Assembly: GCA_047601445.1 (NCBI GenBank)
Contig: JASGJH010000001.1
Span: forward strand, 2,208,001 to 2,272,000
Reading direction: 5' to 3'
From: Myxococcales bacterium
GTDB taxonomy: Bacteria > Myxococcota_A > Polyangia > Polyangiales > DASUME01
Length of the DNA: 64,000 bases
The notes beneath the pieces were generated by a model, which was not told the origin of the DNA, did no database searches, and worked only from the letters and a program-made list of their open reading frames with translations. The translations under genes were made by a program, and so were the position numbers. This document shows, piece by piece, positions 42,686 through 55,851 of this stretch; positions within the stretch are counted from its first letter, which is position 1, and each line of letters begins with the position of its first letter.

Positions 42686-45600
42686 TCACGCTCCGGCTTT
42701 CAAGCTGGTGAGCAGCGTACGCGCTTGGTTGTGGCTGGCCTGCTCGGCGACCGCGCGCTCGAGCATGGAGATCGCCTTGGGCGCGTCTCCCTGCTGGCGC
42801 GAGATATCGCCGAGGTAGAAGTAGACGTCCGCCTTGGTGATCGGAGCGTCCTTGTCGAGCTTCTGCAGCAACAAGCCACGGAAGGTCTTCTGTGCACGGT
42901 CGAGGTCGCCGCGCTTGTAGGCGAGCAGGCCGAGGTCGGCGAGTACGCCCACGTTGGTGAGGTCCACACGGTAGGCCGAGTCGAGCTCCTGCACGGCGCG
43001 CTCGAGGTTGTCCAGGCCCTGGTAGGCGCGCGCCAGCATGTGGTGGAACGTGGCGAGCTCCTTCACGCGACGACCACCGAACGAAGCGATGATCTTCTCG
43101 AGCACGGGGATCGCATCGGACTGCCGTCCAGCCGCAATGTAGAGCTCGCACAGCGGCACGAGCACGGCGCGGTCGTCCGGCACGAGCTGGCTCGCGCGCT
43201 CGAGGAACGTGGCGGCCATGGCCGGGTCGTTGAGCTTGCCGCGGTACAGCTCGGAGACACGGCGCAAGAGGGTCACCTTCTGCGCGGTGTCCGGCGTGCG
43301 CTCGACGTCCTCGGCCATGAGCTGCGCGAGAGACGCGTGGTCGCCGCGTCGCTCGTAGAGCTTGGCGAGGCGCTCGCGCGTCTCCTGCTCGCGGGTGCCC
43401 GCCGAGAGGGCGCGCTTGAGGGCCGCTTCGGCACGCTCCGGCGCGTTCAGCTTGCCTTCGGCCAGCTCGGCCAGCTGGTAACCCAGCTCGACCAGCTCGG
43501 CGCCTTCGACACGCGAGAGCAGGCGCTCGAAGATCTCCGCTGCGCGCTCGAGAATCGGACGCCATGTACAGCCGCGCGAGCGCCCGCAGGGCACCCACGT
43601 GCTGCGCGTCGCGCTCCAGCACACGCTCGTAGAACTCCGCAGCCCGCGTGCGATCTCCGAGCTTGTCTTCGATGACGGCACCGAGTCGCACCAGGGTGCT
43701 GAGCTCGCCCGCGTCGTCTCCGAGATCGCGGAAGCGGTCCGCGCGTGCCTCGAGAGCCTCCACGAGCTCCGGATAGCGACCACCGGACTCCAGCAAGCGC
43801 AGCAGCTCCTGCTGAGCCTGGGCGTGATCCGGGCTCTCCGACAGAACCTCGCGGAGCTCGTCGATGGCGCGGTTCGGATTCTTGAGCTGCTGCTCGGCGA
43901 CCAGGGCCAGGCCCACACGCGCCGTGCTGCGTTCCTCGGGGGTGGTGGCCACCTCGAGCCGACGCTCGAGGATGCGTACCAAGTCCTGCCACTGCTCACC
44001 GGAACGATAGAAGCGCTCGAGGGCATCCATCGAAACGGCGTCGTTGGGTTCGTCGTCGAGGTTCGCCAGGTGCAGCCGGATGGCGCCCTCGCGGTCCTCG
44101 AGCTGGTCGGCGCGTAGCACCGCCGCGCGATGGCGCAGGGTCTGGCGCACACTGGGGTCGGACTCGGCGTCGATGCGGCGATCGTAGAGCTGAGCCACCT
44201 TGCCCAACCTGCCTTCGGCCTCCTGCAGTCGGATCAGCTCGTCGAGCGCGTTGAGCGCGCTGCTGTCCATGCTGAGCACGCGCTCGTAGCAAGCTATGGC
44301 GCGCTCGCGGTCACCCGCGCCGCTCTCCGCGATGGCTGCGGCCTCGCACAGACGCAACACGGCCTGTCCGCGATCGCTGTCTCGCTCGGCCCACACGCTC
44401 AGCGCTTCCACGAGATCGCGGTGGCGGCTGCCCTCGCGCAGCAGGCTCACCAACTGCTCGTGGGCGGGCTCGTACTCGGGATCCATGTCGAGGGCGCGTC
44501 GCAAAGACTGCTCTGCGCGATCGGTGTCCCCCAGGCGCTCGCGGTACCAAGTGTAGCCGCGCATCCACAGGTCACGCTTGTCCATGCGGCTGACATCGCC
44601 GCCGCGCGTGGCCGTCTCGACGAGGCCCGACAGCACGTCGAAGCTGCCGGCCGCGGTCGCCACCCGCTCGATCTCGTCGAGCAGGCCGTGGTCGCTCGGA
44701 TCGGCCTCGAAGGCACGTCGCAGTGCCTGCGCGGCGCGCCCGAGGTCTCCGAGCTCGCGCTCGAACAAGCTCGCCAGGTCGGTCAGCAGCGAGACGCGCT
44801 CGGACTGGCTGCCTGCCTGGCGGATGCGGGTCTCGTAGAGCTCCGCCACGCGGTCGAGTTTGCCGGACTGGCGATAGACGCTGTCGAGGACATCGACGAC
44901 CTCCGAGGCCAGATCCGGGTTCAACAGCAGGCGTTCGAGGGCGCCGGTGGCGCGGGCGTCGGAGGGCTCGCGGTCGATGACCTCCCGATACGCGGAGAGC
45001 GCACCGCGCGGGTCTTCGAAGCGGCTCTCGCGCAGCTCGCCGAGCCGCACGAGAAGCTCGACGGCGCCAGCGTTGTCAGCCTGCACCACACGACGCTCGA
45101 GGATATCGGCGAGATCCTCGAAGCGCTCTGTGGCCAGGTACAGGCGATCGAGGTCGGCCAGCACCGTCTCGTCGTCCCCGGCACGCTCCAGCGCGCGCTC
45201 GTTGGCTTCGATGGCACGAGCCACATCGTTGAGCTGCTGCTCCGCGATGCGCGCCACGCGACGGTACAGGCCCTGCGCGATGAGCACGTCGGAAGTCGAG
45301 CCCGCGCGGCGCGCGAACACGTCGGCCGTGCGCCCCCAGGCGTCGAGGGCACCAGCCACGCGCTCCACCTCGCCAGCGAGATTCTCGTCGTCGGCATCCG
45401 ACAACAGGGCTTCGCACAGGGTATCGAACGCCGCCTGCTGATCGTTGCGACCGCGCTCGTGAATCTCCGCCAGGCGCAGCAGGCGGGCCTGCTTTTCGCT
45501 CGGCTCGGACATCGAGCTGACGCCCCGCGCAAGCAACGTGGCGAGGTCGTCCCAGCGCTGGTGATCGCGCAAGGTGGGCTCGAGGATCTCCTCGACTCGC

Positions 45601-48600
45601 GGCCGCTGATCGGACTGCTCGCCGATGCGCAAGAGCGCCTTGATGCTCGGCTCGTGCGCCGGATCGAGGGAGAGCGCCTCGCGATAGGCCTCGATGGCCT
45701 CGTCGAACTCGTTCTGGCGTTCGTCGTGGACCTGACCGATGCGGAAGAACAGGGCCAACCGCTCCGCGGTCGCGGTCTCCACATCGAGCTGACGGCGCAG
45801 CGTATCGAGCAGCTCGGGCCACGAGGACTCCTCCTCGTAAAGCTTGGCGAGCGAACGAATGGCCTCCATGTGGGTGGGCTCTTCGTCGAGCACGCGCACG
45901 TAGGCCTCGATGGCCTCGGTGGTGCGCTCCAGCTTCTCGGCCAGCACGCGCCCGAGCCGCAGGTTCACGTCGAGACGCTCCTCGGTGGAGGTACCGAGCT
46001 CCGAGCGCCGACGCAGTACGTCGGAGAGCGCCTGGAAGTCCTCGGTGCGCGTGAAGAGCCCGTCGAGGGCCTCCAGGCTGATCACGTCATCGTCGGTCTC
46101 TTCGAGCGCCGCGCGGTAGGCCTCGATGGCCTGCGGCACGTCGCCGATCAGCTCGTCGAGCACCGAACCGGCTCGGCGCCAGAGCTCGCTGCGCTCCACC
46201 GAGTCGTAGGAGCGCTCGACCTTGCGCTTGAACAAGTTCACGAGGCCGCGCCAGTCGCCGACCATGGTGAGCAACGCCTCGAGCTGATCGAACGCCGCCG
46301 GATCCTCCGAGTCGTACTGGATCAGCCGCTCGTAGGCCGTGATCGACGAGCGCGGGTCACCGCGACGCTCGTCGTGCGTGCGTGCCACGGCGGCCAACAA
46401 CGACGCCTTGACCTGGTTGTCGGCGGTCGCCTCGATGGCCTCCTCGAAGGCCTGCACCAGGGCATCCCAGTCGGCCAGCTCCGCCGCCAGGCGCTCGAGC
46501 TCCGAGCGCGCGTGATCGTCGGCCGGATCGGTCACGAGGGTACGACGCCAGGCTGCCATGGCCTCGCGCGGCGACTTGCCGTGCGCCTCGTGCAGGCGCG
46601 CGATTTCGCCGTACAGGCGCGAGCGCTCGGCGAGATCGCTCTCGATGCCGACCAGCTTCTCGTAGAGCCAGATCTGCCGACTCCACTCGCCAGCCTGCGC
46701 GTACAGGGGCTCGAGGATCTCCGAGACCCTGCGCAGCAGCTCGGGACGCGCCGCGAAGCGCTCGAGCGCCCCGCGTGCCTCGCGATTGTTCGGCTCGAGG
46801 CGCGTGACGTCCTCGTGGGTGTCGATGGCCAGATTGACGTCGTCGAGGTGCTCCTCGTAGAGCTTGGCCAGGCGCAGCTTCAGCTGGGCGGCGTTGGCCG
46901 AGTCCGACGCGCGGTCGATCTGGTATTGCAAGTGCTCGGCGAGTGCCGACCAGGCCTGCGTCTCAGCCAACAAGCGATCGAGGGCTGCCACCGACACGCT
47001 GTCGCCGGCGACCACCTCGAGCAACTCCTGATGCACGCGGATGGCGACGTCGGACTCACGCAGCTCGAGCTCGAGCACCTTGGCCAGCTTGTGCAGGCAA
47101 GCCACGCGGCGCTTGTCGTCTCCCGCCACGTCGGCCTGGGCACGGTAGAACGCGCGCAGGTCCTCGCTGGCGCGACGTCGCAGCAGGACGTCCTCGAGTG
47201 CGTCGGCCACACTGAGCGCCGTCGGGTCCACCGCCAGCGCCTTCTGGTAGAGCGCGGAGGAGCGCTCCAGGTTGCGCCCGAACTGATCGCGGATCTGGGC
47301 CGCGCTCACGGCGAGCCTGATGCCCGTCTCGTCCTCGATGCCGACCTCGTCGAGATAGAGTTCGTAGACCTCGGCCACGCGCTCCTGCCGGCCGAGCACG
47401 CGCGACAACCGTGCGAGCGCGTCCCAGGCCTGCACGTCGGCGGGCTCCACGCGGAACAGGCGCGCGTAGGTTTCGAGAGCGGTCTCGAGGTCCTCGAGCT
47501 GCACCTCGTGCAGCTGCGCGAGGCGCAGCAGGAGCTCCTTCTTGCGCTCCGGCGATTCCTCCGCCTCGAGCTGAGCCTCGAGAGCCCGCGTGAGCTCCGG
47601 CCACTTGCTCTTGCGCAGATACACTGGCTCGAGCTGGGCCGCGGCCTGCGCCTTGTAGCGCTGGTCGTCCATCAAGGCCTCGAGGGACTTGGTGGTTTCC
47701 TCGTGCAGCGGCGAGCGATCGAGCACGTCGCGGTAGAGGTCCAGCGCGCGCTCCACGTCGTCGAGTCGCGTGCGATAGACCTCGGCCAGCCGGTAGCGCA
47801 CCACCAGGGCGTCCCCGATGGCGAGCTCCATCTGGCGCTCGTACATCTCGGACAGGTCCTCCCAGCGTTCGGCACGCTGGTAGAGCGCGGCCAGGCCGTC
47901 GAACACCTCGCGCGACGGACTCTCCTCGAGCACCTGCTCGTAGGCCTCGATGGCCGCCGTGACGTCGTCCAGCTTGTACGCGGACAGCTCCGCCTGCCGC
48001 AGCAGCAGAGCCGTGCGCTCCTTGGTGTCTCCTGCGAGCTCGGTCTTCTTGCGCAGGATGTTCAGGAGACCGCGGTGATCGTCGGCCGCCTGATGCAACG
48101 CCTCGAGCGCATCGAGCGCCGGGCGATGATCCGGACGCAGCGCCAAGGCCTGCTCGAAGTACTCGCGAGCGACGCTGCGATCGGAAAGCTGATCGCGACT
48201 GACGCCTGCAGCGCGCATCAGCACCAAGACGCGCAGCTCCTCGTCGGACACGTCGGGCGCGATCTCGCGCAGCAAGTTGCCGTAGGCTTCGAAGCGCCCA
48301 GACGCCCTGGCCAGGCGATCGAGCTCTTCGAGCAACGCGCCGAGCTCGTCGTCGCCGAGGGCGCCTTGCACGGCACGGGCGATCAGCGAGTAGGCGCGAC
48401 CTGCGTCGGACAGGCCACGTTCTGCGCTGGCCGCGGCGCGGCGCAACGACTCGAGGCGCTCGCGCGCATCGTCGGACTCAGCGACCACCTCGAGCGCGTG
48501 GATCAGGCGCTCGTGATCGCCGCGCGCGTCGTAGTGCGGCACCAGCACGCGCGCCGCATCGACGCGCGTGGTGCCGCCGGAGGCCACCATCTCGTTGAGG

Positions 48601-51600
48601 GCGCCGATGGTCCCATCGTGTCCGGGACGTTCCTCGAGCACCGCACGGTACGCGTCCAGCGCGGATTCCGGCGCGTTGGTGCGCTTGCGCATCAACTCGG
48701 CCGAGCGGAAGCGGACCTCGGCGCGATCCTGCGGATCGGTGGCCAGCTCGAGCTCGATCTGCAGCGTGTCGAGCAGCTCCTGGTACTTCTCGGATGCTTC
48801 GTACACCCGCTCCAGGGCCACCACGGTCTCGCGATCATTGCCGAAGCGGCTGAGCACCTCGGTGTAGGCGTCGATGGCCTTCTCGCGGTCGTGAAGCTTG
48901 GTCTCATAGACCTCACCGACGCGACGCGCGAGCACCCTGCCCTCGTGCTCGTTGAGGGCCACGGCCTCGCGCTTTTGCAGGATGCCGATCAGGTTGGGCC
49001 ACTCGGCGCGCGACTCATAGAGCCGCTCGAGCGCCAGCATGGCCACCAGGTCGGCGGGATCGAGGTCGAGGCGTTCCACGTAGGCCGCCACGGCGCGCGG
49101 CACATCCGACAGGGCGCCTTCGCTCAGCTCGGCCAATCGCCCGAGCAGCGCCTTCTTGATCTCGACGTCGTTCTCGAAGGTGATCTGCAGCCGCAGGGCC
49201 TCGGCGAGGTTCGCGTGGTCGTCCCGCACGAGGTGCAAGCGCTCGAGGGCGCGTGCGGCCGGCAGCACGATCTCGGCGTTCTCGGCGTCGGAGGCAATCA
49301 GGCGCGTATAGGCGTCGATGGCCTTCTCGGCGTTGCCCACGAGCACGTCCCAGAGCTCGGCCAACTCGGCCAAGATCTCGGTGCGTACGCTCGGGATCTC
49401 CACGCGCTTGAGCGAGTTCTCGAGCAGCGAGGCGCGATCGGCGAGCGCTCCGACCAGAGCCGACAGACGTGCGAGTTCGCGGCGCGCGAGCACGTCGGTG
49501 GGATCGGTCTCGACCGCCTTGGCGAAGGAACGCAGCGCCTGCGTGGCGTCACGCAGCTCGCGCTCGTGGAGCTCGCCCAGGCGCATCAGCGTGCTGACAC
49601 GGGCCCCAGGCTCGCTGATCTCCTCGAGCTGCACCTCGAGGATGCGGGCCAGCTCGTTGTGCGCCCCTTGGCGCGTGTAGAGCGGTTCGAGCAGGCCGGC
49701 GATGCGTTGCCGCTGGGTGCGCTCGTGGAGCAGGCGCTCGAGGGCCTCCTGCGCGCGCAAGTGCGTCGGTTGCTCCTCCAACACCTGAGCGTGCTGATCC
49801 ACAGCCAGGGCCGGTTCCTTGAGCTTCAGCTCGTAGAGCTCACCGATGCGGAAGGTGAGCTCGATGGCCTCTTTGCCCATCGCCTCGTTGCGGTCGTACT
49901 CGAGCAGCGAGACCAGCTCGCGGTAGCGCTCCGCACGCGTGTACAAGCGCTCGAGCGCGCGGCGCGAGGTCGAGTGCGTGGGGTCGAGTTCGAGCACCTC
50001 CTGATAGGAGGTGATGGCCATTTCCACGTCGTCGAGGATCTCTTCGTGCAGAAAGCAGACTTGCAGCAGCAAATCGAGCTTTTGCGGCACGTCGACCGTG
50101 TTGGCGATGCGGTCGCGGTAGAGCTTCTTGAGCTCTTCCCAGCGCTCTGTGTTGGTGTACAGGTCGCGCAGGGCTTCGTAGGCGCCCTCGGCCAGCGGGT
50201 CGTGGGCTAGCACGCGCAAGTGGAAGGGCTCGGCGCGCTCCGGCTGTCCGAGCACCGAGTCGTAGATGCGCGCGGTGCGCTCGCTCAGCGCCGAGGTCTG
50301 TTCGGCCGGCAATGCCGCCATCTCGATCACGGTCGCGAAGGCGACGGCGAGCTCCTCGTGAGTGCGCGCCTGATCCGCCATGCTCGTGATGCGATCCCAC
50401 AACTCCACGTTCTGCGGGTTGTCCAGGAAGGCCGACTCCAGCGTGGCATAGGCACTCTTGGGATCGCCGAGTGTGCCGGAGATCTCCGCCAAGCGCAGCT
50501 TGAGGTCGCGCTTCTCGCCGTCACTCTTGCTGGCTTCGAGGCGCTTCTTGAGCAGAGCCTGCAGCTTGTCCAGCTTGCTGGTGCGCTCGTACACGGGCTC
50601 GAGCAGGCGCCCGATGCGCAGGGCCTCGCTCGGGTTGGCGGCGGCCAGCAGCTCGAGGGCTTCGACGGCACGGCCCTCGGTGGGCTCGAGCTCGAGCACA
50701 CGCGAGAATGCCTCGATGGCGCGGTTCGAATCCGCGAGCTCTCCGGCCGCGAGCTTGCCCAGGCGCAGCGTGAGCTCCACCTGCTCCTTGGCCTGCGACG
50801 CGAGCTCGATGCGCTTGTCGAGGATGCCGGCCAGTTCCTGGCTGCGGTTCTCGGCCGACAGCAACCGGTCGAGGGTGGCCAGGGTCGGGGCGTCGCTCGG
50901 ACGCAGCTCGTGCATCGCCTGGTAGCTCTCGATGGCGCCACTCAGGTCGCGCAAGAGCTCCTCGTCCACCACTGCAAGGGCGTGGCGCCGTTCGAAGCGC
51001 GCGTCATCGCTCGCGGCGTGCTTGAGCAGCTTCACGAACAGCGCGCGCAGATCCTTGTGGCGCGCGAGGCCGCGATAAATGCGCTCCAGCGTGGCGCTGA
51101 CATCGGCGTCGCTGGGCTTGGCCTCGAGCACCTTCTCGAGCTCGTGCGCGGCTTCCTCGGGGCGCTTCAGCTTGTCGAGGCAGAGCTGTGCGACTCGGCG
51201 GCGCAAGGCCACCGACTCCTCGCCCCCCTCGGCGTCAGCGCGCGTAACGTAGATGCGCGCCAGCCGCTCGTGGGCGGACGCGAGGTCGGCAGCGGACTCC
51301 AGGCGCGCGCGCACTTCGGCGTCGTCCGGCGCCAGCGCGTAGGCCGAAGAGGCATGGGAGAAGGCACGCTCACCGTCGCGCAACTTGCCCTGGAAAAGCT
51401 CGACCAAGCGCAGGTGGAGCGCCCGGGCGGTGTCGATGTCGCCCTCGGCCACCTGCTTGAGCAAGATCTCGTTGAGCTGGGCCACGCGCGGCCACTTCTC
51501 GTCCTTCTCGTAGAGCGGCAATAGGGCGCGCACCGCGCGGGTATTCTCGGGATCGACCCCGAGCACGCGCTCGTAGCTGCGGAAGGCGCGCGCGGGCTCA

Positions 51601-53885
51601 CCGAGCTCGCGTTCGTAGACCTCCGCGGCGCGGAAGCTGAGGGTCTTCTTGAGCTCGACGTCCGAGGTCTTGTCTGCGGCCGTTCCCAGCACGTCGACGA
51701 AGCCGTCCCAGTCGTGGGCCTCGGCGTAGAGCGACTCCACGCTCGCGAAGTCGCCGGCGGCCAAGTAGGCCTCGCGCAAGGTGCGCAAGGCACGGCCGTT
51801 CTTGGCGTCCACCTCGAGCACGCGCTTCCAGGCCGCCGCCGCGCGCACCGGATCGTTGGTGCGCTCCGCGTGCAGCGTACCGAGCCGCGTGAGCAGCTTG
51901 ATCTTGGCTTGCACGTCGCTCGTGTCGCTCAGGCGACGTTCGAGCGCGTCCGCCAGCGCGTCCCAGTCCTTGGCGCGTTCTGCCAACTTCTCGAGCGCGT
52001 CGAGTGCCTTCGCCGAGTTCGGCTCCAGCTCCAGCACGCGGCGCCACAGGTTGATGGCTTCACCGTACTCGTGCAGGCGCTCGCCGGCGATGTTGGCCAG
52101 CTCCACCAACAAGGCCAGCTTGGTGGCCTTGTCCGAGGCGAGCTCCTCCTCCTTGAGCAGCACGCCGAACAACTGCTTCCAGGCGCGCTTCTTCCCGTAG
52201 ATCTCCTTCAACAGCGCGAGTGCCTCGCGGTTGTTCGAGTCGATGGCGATGACCTGCTCGAGCGGACCCGTGGCCTGGTTGTAATTCGAGAAGTGCTCGA
52301 TCCACAGCTTGGCGACGCGCAGATAGAGCGCCACCTTGCGCGCCGGATCCGTGAGGACATCGGCCTCGCGCGTGAGCACTGGGATGAGGTCGTTCCAGCG
52401 CCCGAGGGACTCGTAGGTCTTGGCGAGCTCGTCGGTGGCTTCGCGGTTCTTGGGGTCGAGCTGGAGAATCAGGTTGTAGGTGCCGAGCACCATCGCATCG
52501 AGCTTCAGCTCGTCGCGATAGATAGCGAGCAGCTCCTTGAGGTGGATAAGTCGCCCGGCGCGATCGTCGGCGGGCAACGCATCTAGCTCTCCACGCAGCA
52601 GCTCCACCAGGGCGTTCCACTTGCCCGAACGGCGGTACAGCTGCTTGAGCGAGGCCAACGCCTCGGCGTGGGTGGGCTCGCTGCGCAGCACGTGCTTGAA
52701 GGCATCGATGGCACGTTCGGCGGCCTGGGAGTCGTTCTGAGCTAGGCGCGCGATCTCGAGCGACAGCCGCAGCTTGTCCTGCTCTGAGCCAAGTCGGCGC
52801 TGTGCATCCGAGAGCACCGCGAGCAGCTTGGAGGTCTCCCCGCTGGCGGTGTACTGCTCGCGGTAGAAGTCGAGCATCACGGGTTGGGCAGCATCGGCCT
52901 TGCGCAGGCGGGCGAAGTAAGGCTCGGCGCGGTCGGCGCGCTTGAGCATGCGCCAGTGCACCATGCCGATCTGCAGCAGAATTCCCTGCTCGGCGTCGGC
53001 CTTGAGCTGACGCGCGCGCAGCGCGTCTTCGTACAGCGCCACCAGGTGGTCCCACAGCTCGCGCTCGGTGAAGTGAGCGACCAAGAAGCCCAACGACTCC
53101 TCGTGGGCCGGCAGCAGCTCGAGCACGCGCTCGTAGCAGGCAGCGGCGCGGTCGTTGTCGCTCAGGCGCTGCGCCAACACGCGCGCCGCGGAGAGGTGCA
53201 TCCCGAGCTGATCGTCACGGCCGGTGACGTGCTCCGCGGACGACAGCAACACCTCGCCCAACTCCTTCCACTTCTCGCGTTCGCGCAGGGTGATGGCGAA
53301 CAGGCGCGCCGCGCGCGCATGGGCGGGATCGATGGACAGGGCCTCACGGAACAACCGATCGGTGTCCTTGCTCTTCCCCTTCTTCTTGTACTGCCAGAGG
53401 ATCGAGGCCGAACGCACCATCAAGGACGTCTTGAGCGCCGCGTCGCTGGCTCCCTCGGCCTGCTCCGCGAAGTGCTGCGCGATTTGCTGCCAGCGCTCGG
53501 AGACTTGAGCGATCTGCTCGAGCGCGCGCTGCACCTCTTCTTCGCCGGGACGCAGCTCGAGGGCCTTTTCGTAGGCGAACTTGGCGCCCTCGTCGTCCAT
53601 CAGGTCTTCACGCCGCAGGCGCCCGAGCTCACGCCACAGCACCGCCGCAAAGTCGGGGTCCGAAAGCACGAGTCGGAGTTCGAACTCGATTAGCTTCGCT
53701 GCCGCGAAGGCTTCACCACGCACCTCGTGGTTGCGCCGGGCGAACTCCAGGAGGCGCACGGGGTCTTCACCCAGCCTCTTAGGGTCACCACTCGAGAGCG
53801 CCTCATCGAGGCCTTGAACAGCAGATTGATCCCACGGGTCGTCTTGCAGGGCCGCGAGGTAATTCGCAACGGTTAGCTCGGCCAT
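42686..53885 (-). CDS. Giant TPR-repeat protein (~3730 aa), AgmK-like; frameshift at ~43554
   Basis: Dozens of A..AY..VL..DP....AL..LE.LY....W..L repeats; the C-terminal TPRs continue in the 42686..44152 frame. Confidence 0.85.
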
Positions 53886-54061
53886 CGTCTCCTCGATGCC
53901 AAGGCATAGCGGGCCGCTCCGAACCCACGCGCACCACCCATGCGAGCGCGGCCCGGAATGGCCAAAAATCATTGAAGTTTAGATGATTTGGATCGCGCTC
54001 ATGCCGGGGCCAGGGGGCATCCTACAAACCCCCTCCCTAGCTGGCAAGGGCGAAGGGCGGC

Positions 54062-54823
54062 TCACAACAACATGATGGTGCCGGCCCAGCTGAGAGCACC
54101 CAAGGTGATGTATCCGGAGGCCAGATGTAGGCCCGCCAGAGCCTTCATCGTGCCGTAGTCGTTGGTGCGATCGAGGCCGAGCCGCGGGTTCGCGATGATG
54201 ATGCCCAGAACTATTTGGGTCACCATGCCCGCCAGGTGGACCCAGCGCAGCGCCTTGTGGGTTCGCACCGTTTTTGCGTATTTGCTGGTGCCGACCGAGG
54301 CGTGATCGGGGTCCGGCATGGCGATAGCCAGGCCGAGTGTGGTGAAGTAGAGGCCAGCTGTCGCGAAACCCGTGATCGCGTGAAACCAGGGCGTACCGTA
54401 GCACTGGTTCTGGTTGATCCAGGCATTGCCCTCCACGCAGGGCGTGTCCTGCCGATCGGTCACGAAGGGAGCACCATAAAGGTTTCGGTATTGTATCGTT
54501 CCGGCGATCACGGCCACACCCATGGTCGCCCAGGTGGCAATACCCATGGCGCGGTGGATCTTGGCGATGCGCGCGCGCTTACGAAGCTGCTGCGTGAAGT
54601 AGGGGGTGCCGGGGCCGCCGACCTTGGGCTCGGGGGGCAGTGCTTCGGACTCCGCGGCGACCTCGGTGTCGGCGTTGCCCTCGCTGTCGGCGTCGAGCTC
54701 GGCCGTGGTCTCCAGCTGGGCCACGACCGGGAGCGCCGTGACGGGCACAGCGGACACGGAGGGAGGCGTAAGGGCGAAGCCGAAGATCGGCGTGGCGAGC
54801 ATCAGCGCGGTTAAGGGTCCCAT
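54062..54823 (-). CDS. Membrane protein with signal peptide and four His-bearing TM segments
   Basis: Hydrophobic segments with KIHRAMG, WFHAITG, WVHLAG, GLHLASG. Confidence 0.7.
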   Translation of the reverse strand: MGPLTALMLATPIFGFALTPPSVSAVPVTALPVVAQLETTAELDADSEGNADTEVAAESEALPPEPKVGGPGTPYFTQQLRKRARIAKIHRAMGIATWATMGVAVIAGTIQYRNLYGAPFVTDRQDTPCVEGNAWINQNQCYGTPWFHAITGFATAGLYFTTLGLAIAMPDPDHASVGTSKYAKTVRTHKALRWVHLAGMVTQIVLGIIIANPRLGLDRTNDYGTMKALAGLHLASGYITLGALSWAGTIMLL

Positions 54824-54918
54824 CTCAGCGAGTCTCCGATCCGAAGCGCGCGTGTGGAGCGCGCTGGCAAAACTTCAAGACAGTCAGCGCACGCGGGTCC
54901 AAGCGCGAGCGGAGAATC

Positions 54919-55836
54919 CTAACGGCGCAACGAGCGGACGCCGGCCTTGTGGACCTTACCAGAGAGTTCGTGGCCAACGACAGCGGCAGCAACTTTGCCT
55001 GCCTCCCAGAGCTTGTCGAGGTCAATGCCGGTCTCGACGCCCATTCCATGCAACATGAAGACGAGGTCCTCGGTGGCCAGGTTGCCAGCGGCACCTGGCG
55101 CATAGGGGCAGCCGCCTAGCCCGCCCACGGACGCGTCGAAGGTGCGGATGCCGTTCTCCAGGCCCACCAACACGTTGGCGAGCGCGGTGCCGCGTGTGTC
55201 GTGCATGTGCATGGCGAGCTGATCGGGGGCGAACTCGCCTAAGAATCTCCTCAGGATGTCCTGGGTCTGACGTGGGGTACCCACCCCGACCGTGTCGCCG
55301 AGCGACACCTCGTAGCAGCCCATTTCCAGGAGGGTCCGCGCAATCTTCAAGCCCTGGGCGGGGTCGATTTCGCCTTCGAACGGGCAACCCCACAACGTCG
55401 ACACATAGCCCCGCACGCGCAGTCCGTACTCGACGGCCGGGGCAACCACGTCACGAAACCGCGCCAAAGTGTTGGCGATGGTGTCGTTGACGTTGCGACG
55501 GTTGTGGGTCTCGCTGGCGCTGACGAACACCGCCAGCTCCGGGATGCCGCACTTCTTGGCCCGCTCCAGGCCGCGCGCGTTGGGGCAGAGGGCGCTGTAC
55601 TGAGCCAGCCCGGGGGGGAGCATGCGCAGCACCTCCTCGGCGTCAGCCAACTGGGGGATCCACTTGGGCGACACGAAGCTCGTCACCTCGATGCGAGAGA
55701 CCCCGGCGCTGACCAGCGCCTCGATCAAACGCACCTTGCGCGTGGTCGGCACGGTAACGGCTTCGTTTTGAAGCCCATCCCGAGGCGAGACTTCGTAGAC
55801 CGAGACCTTGTCAGGCAGTGCATTGAACATGGCCAC
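54919..55836 (-). CDS. Hydroxymethylglutaryl-CoA lyase
   Basis: EVSPRDGLQNE, TSFVSPKWIPQLAD, HMHDTRG, GLGGCPYAPGAAGNLATED. Confidence 0.95.
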   Translation of the reverse strand: MAMFNALPDKVSVYEVSPRDGLQNEAVTVPTTRKVRLIEALVSAGVSRIEVTSFVSPKWIPQLADAEEVLRMLPPGLAQYSALCPNARGLERAKKCGIPELAVFVSASETHNRRNVNDTIANTLARFRDVVAPAVEYGLRVRGYVSTLWGCPFEGEIDPAQGLKIARTLLEMGCYEVSLGDTVGVGTPRQTQDILRRFLGEFAPDQLAMHMHDTRGTALANVLVGLENGIRTFDASVGGLGGCPYAPGAAGNLATEDLVFMLHGMGVETGIDLDKLWEAGKVAAAVVGHELSGKVHKAGVRSLRR

Positions 55837-55851
55837 GACAAGGATTCATAG

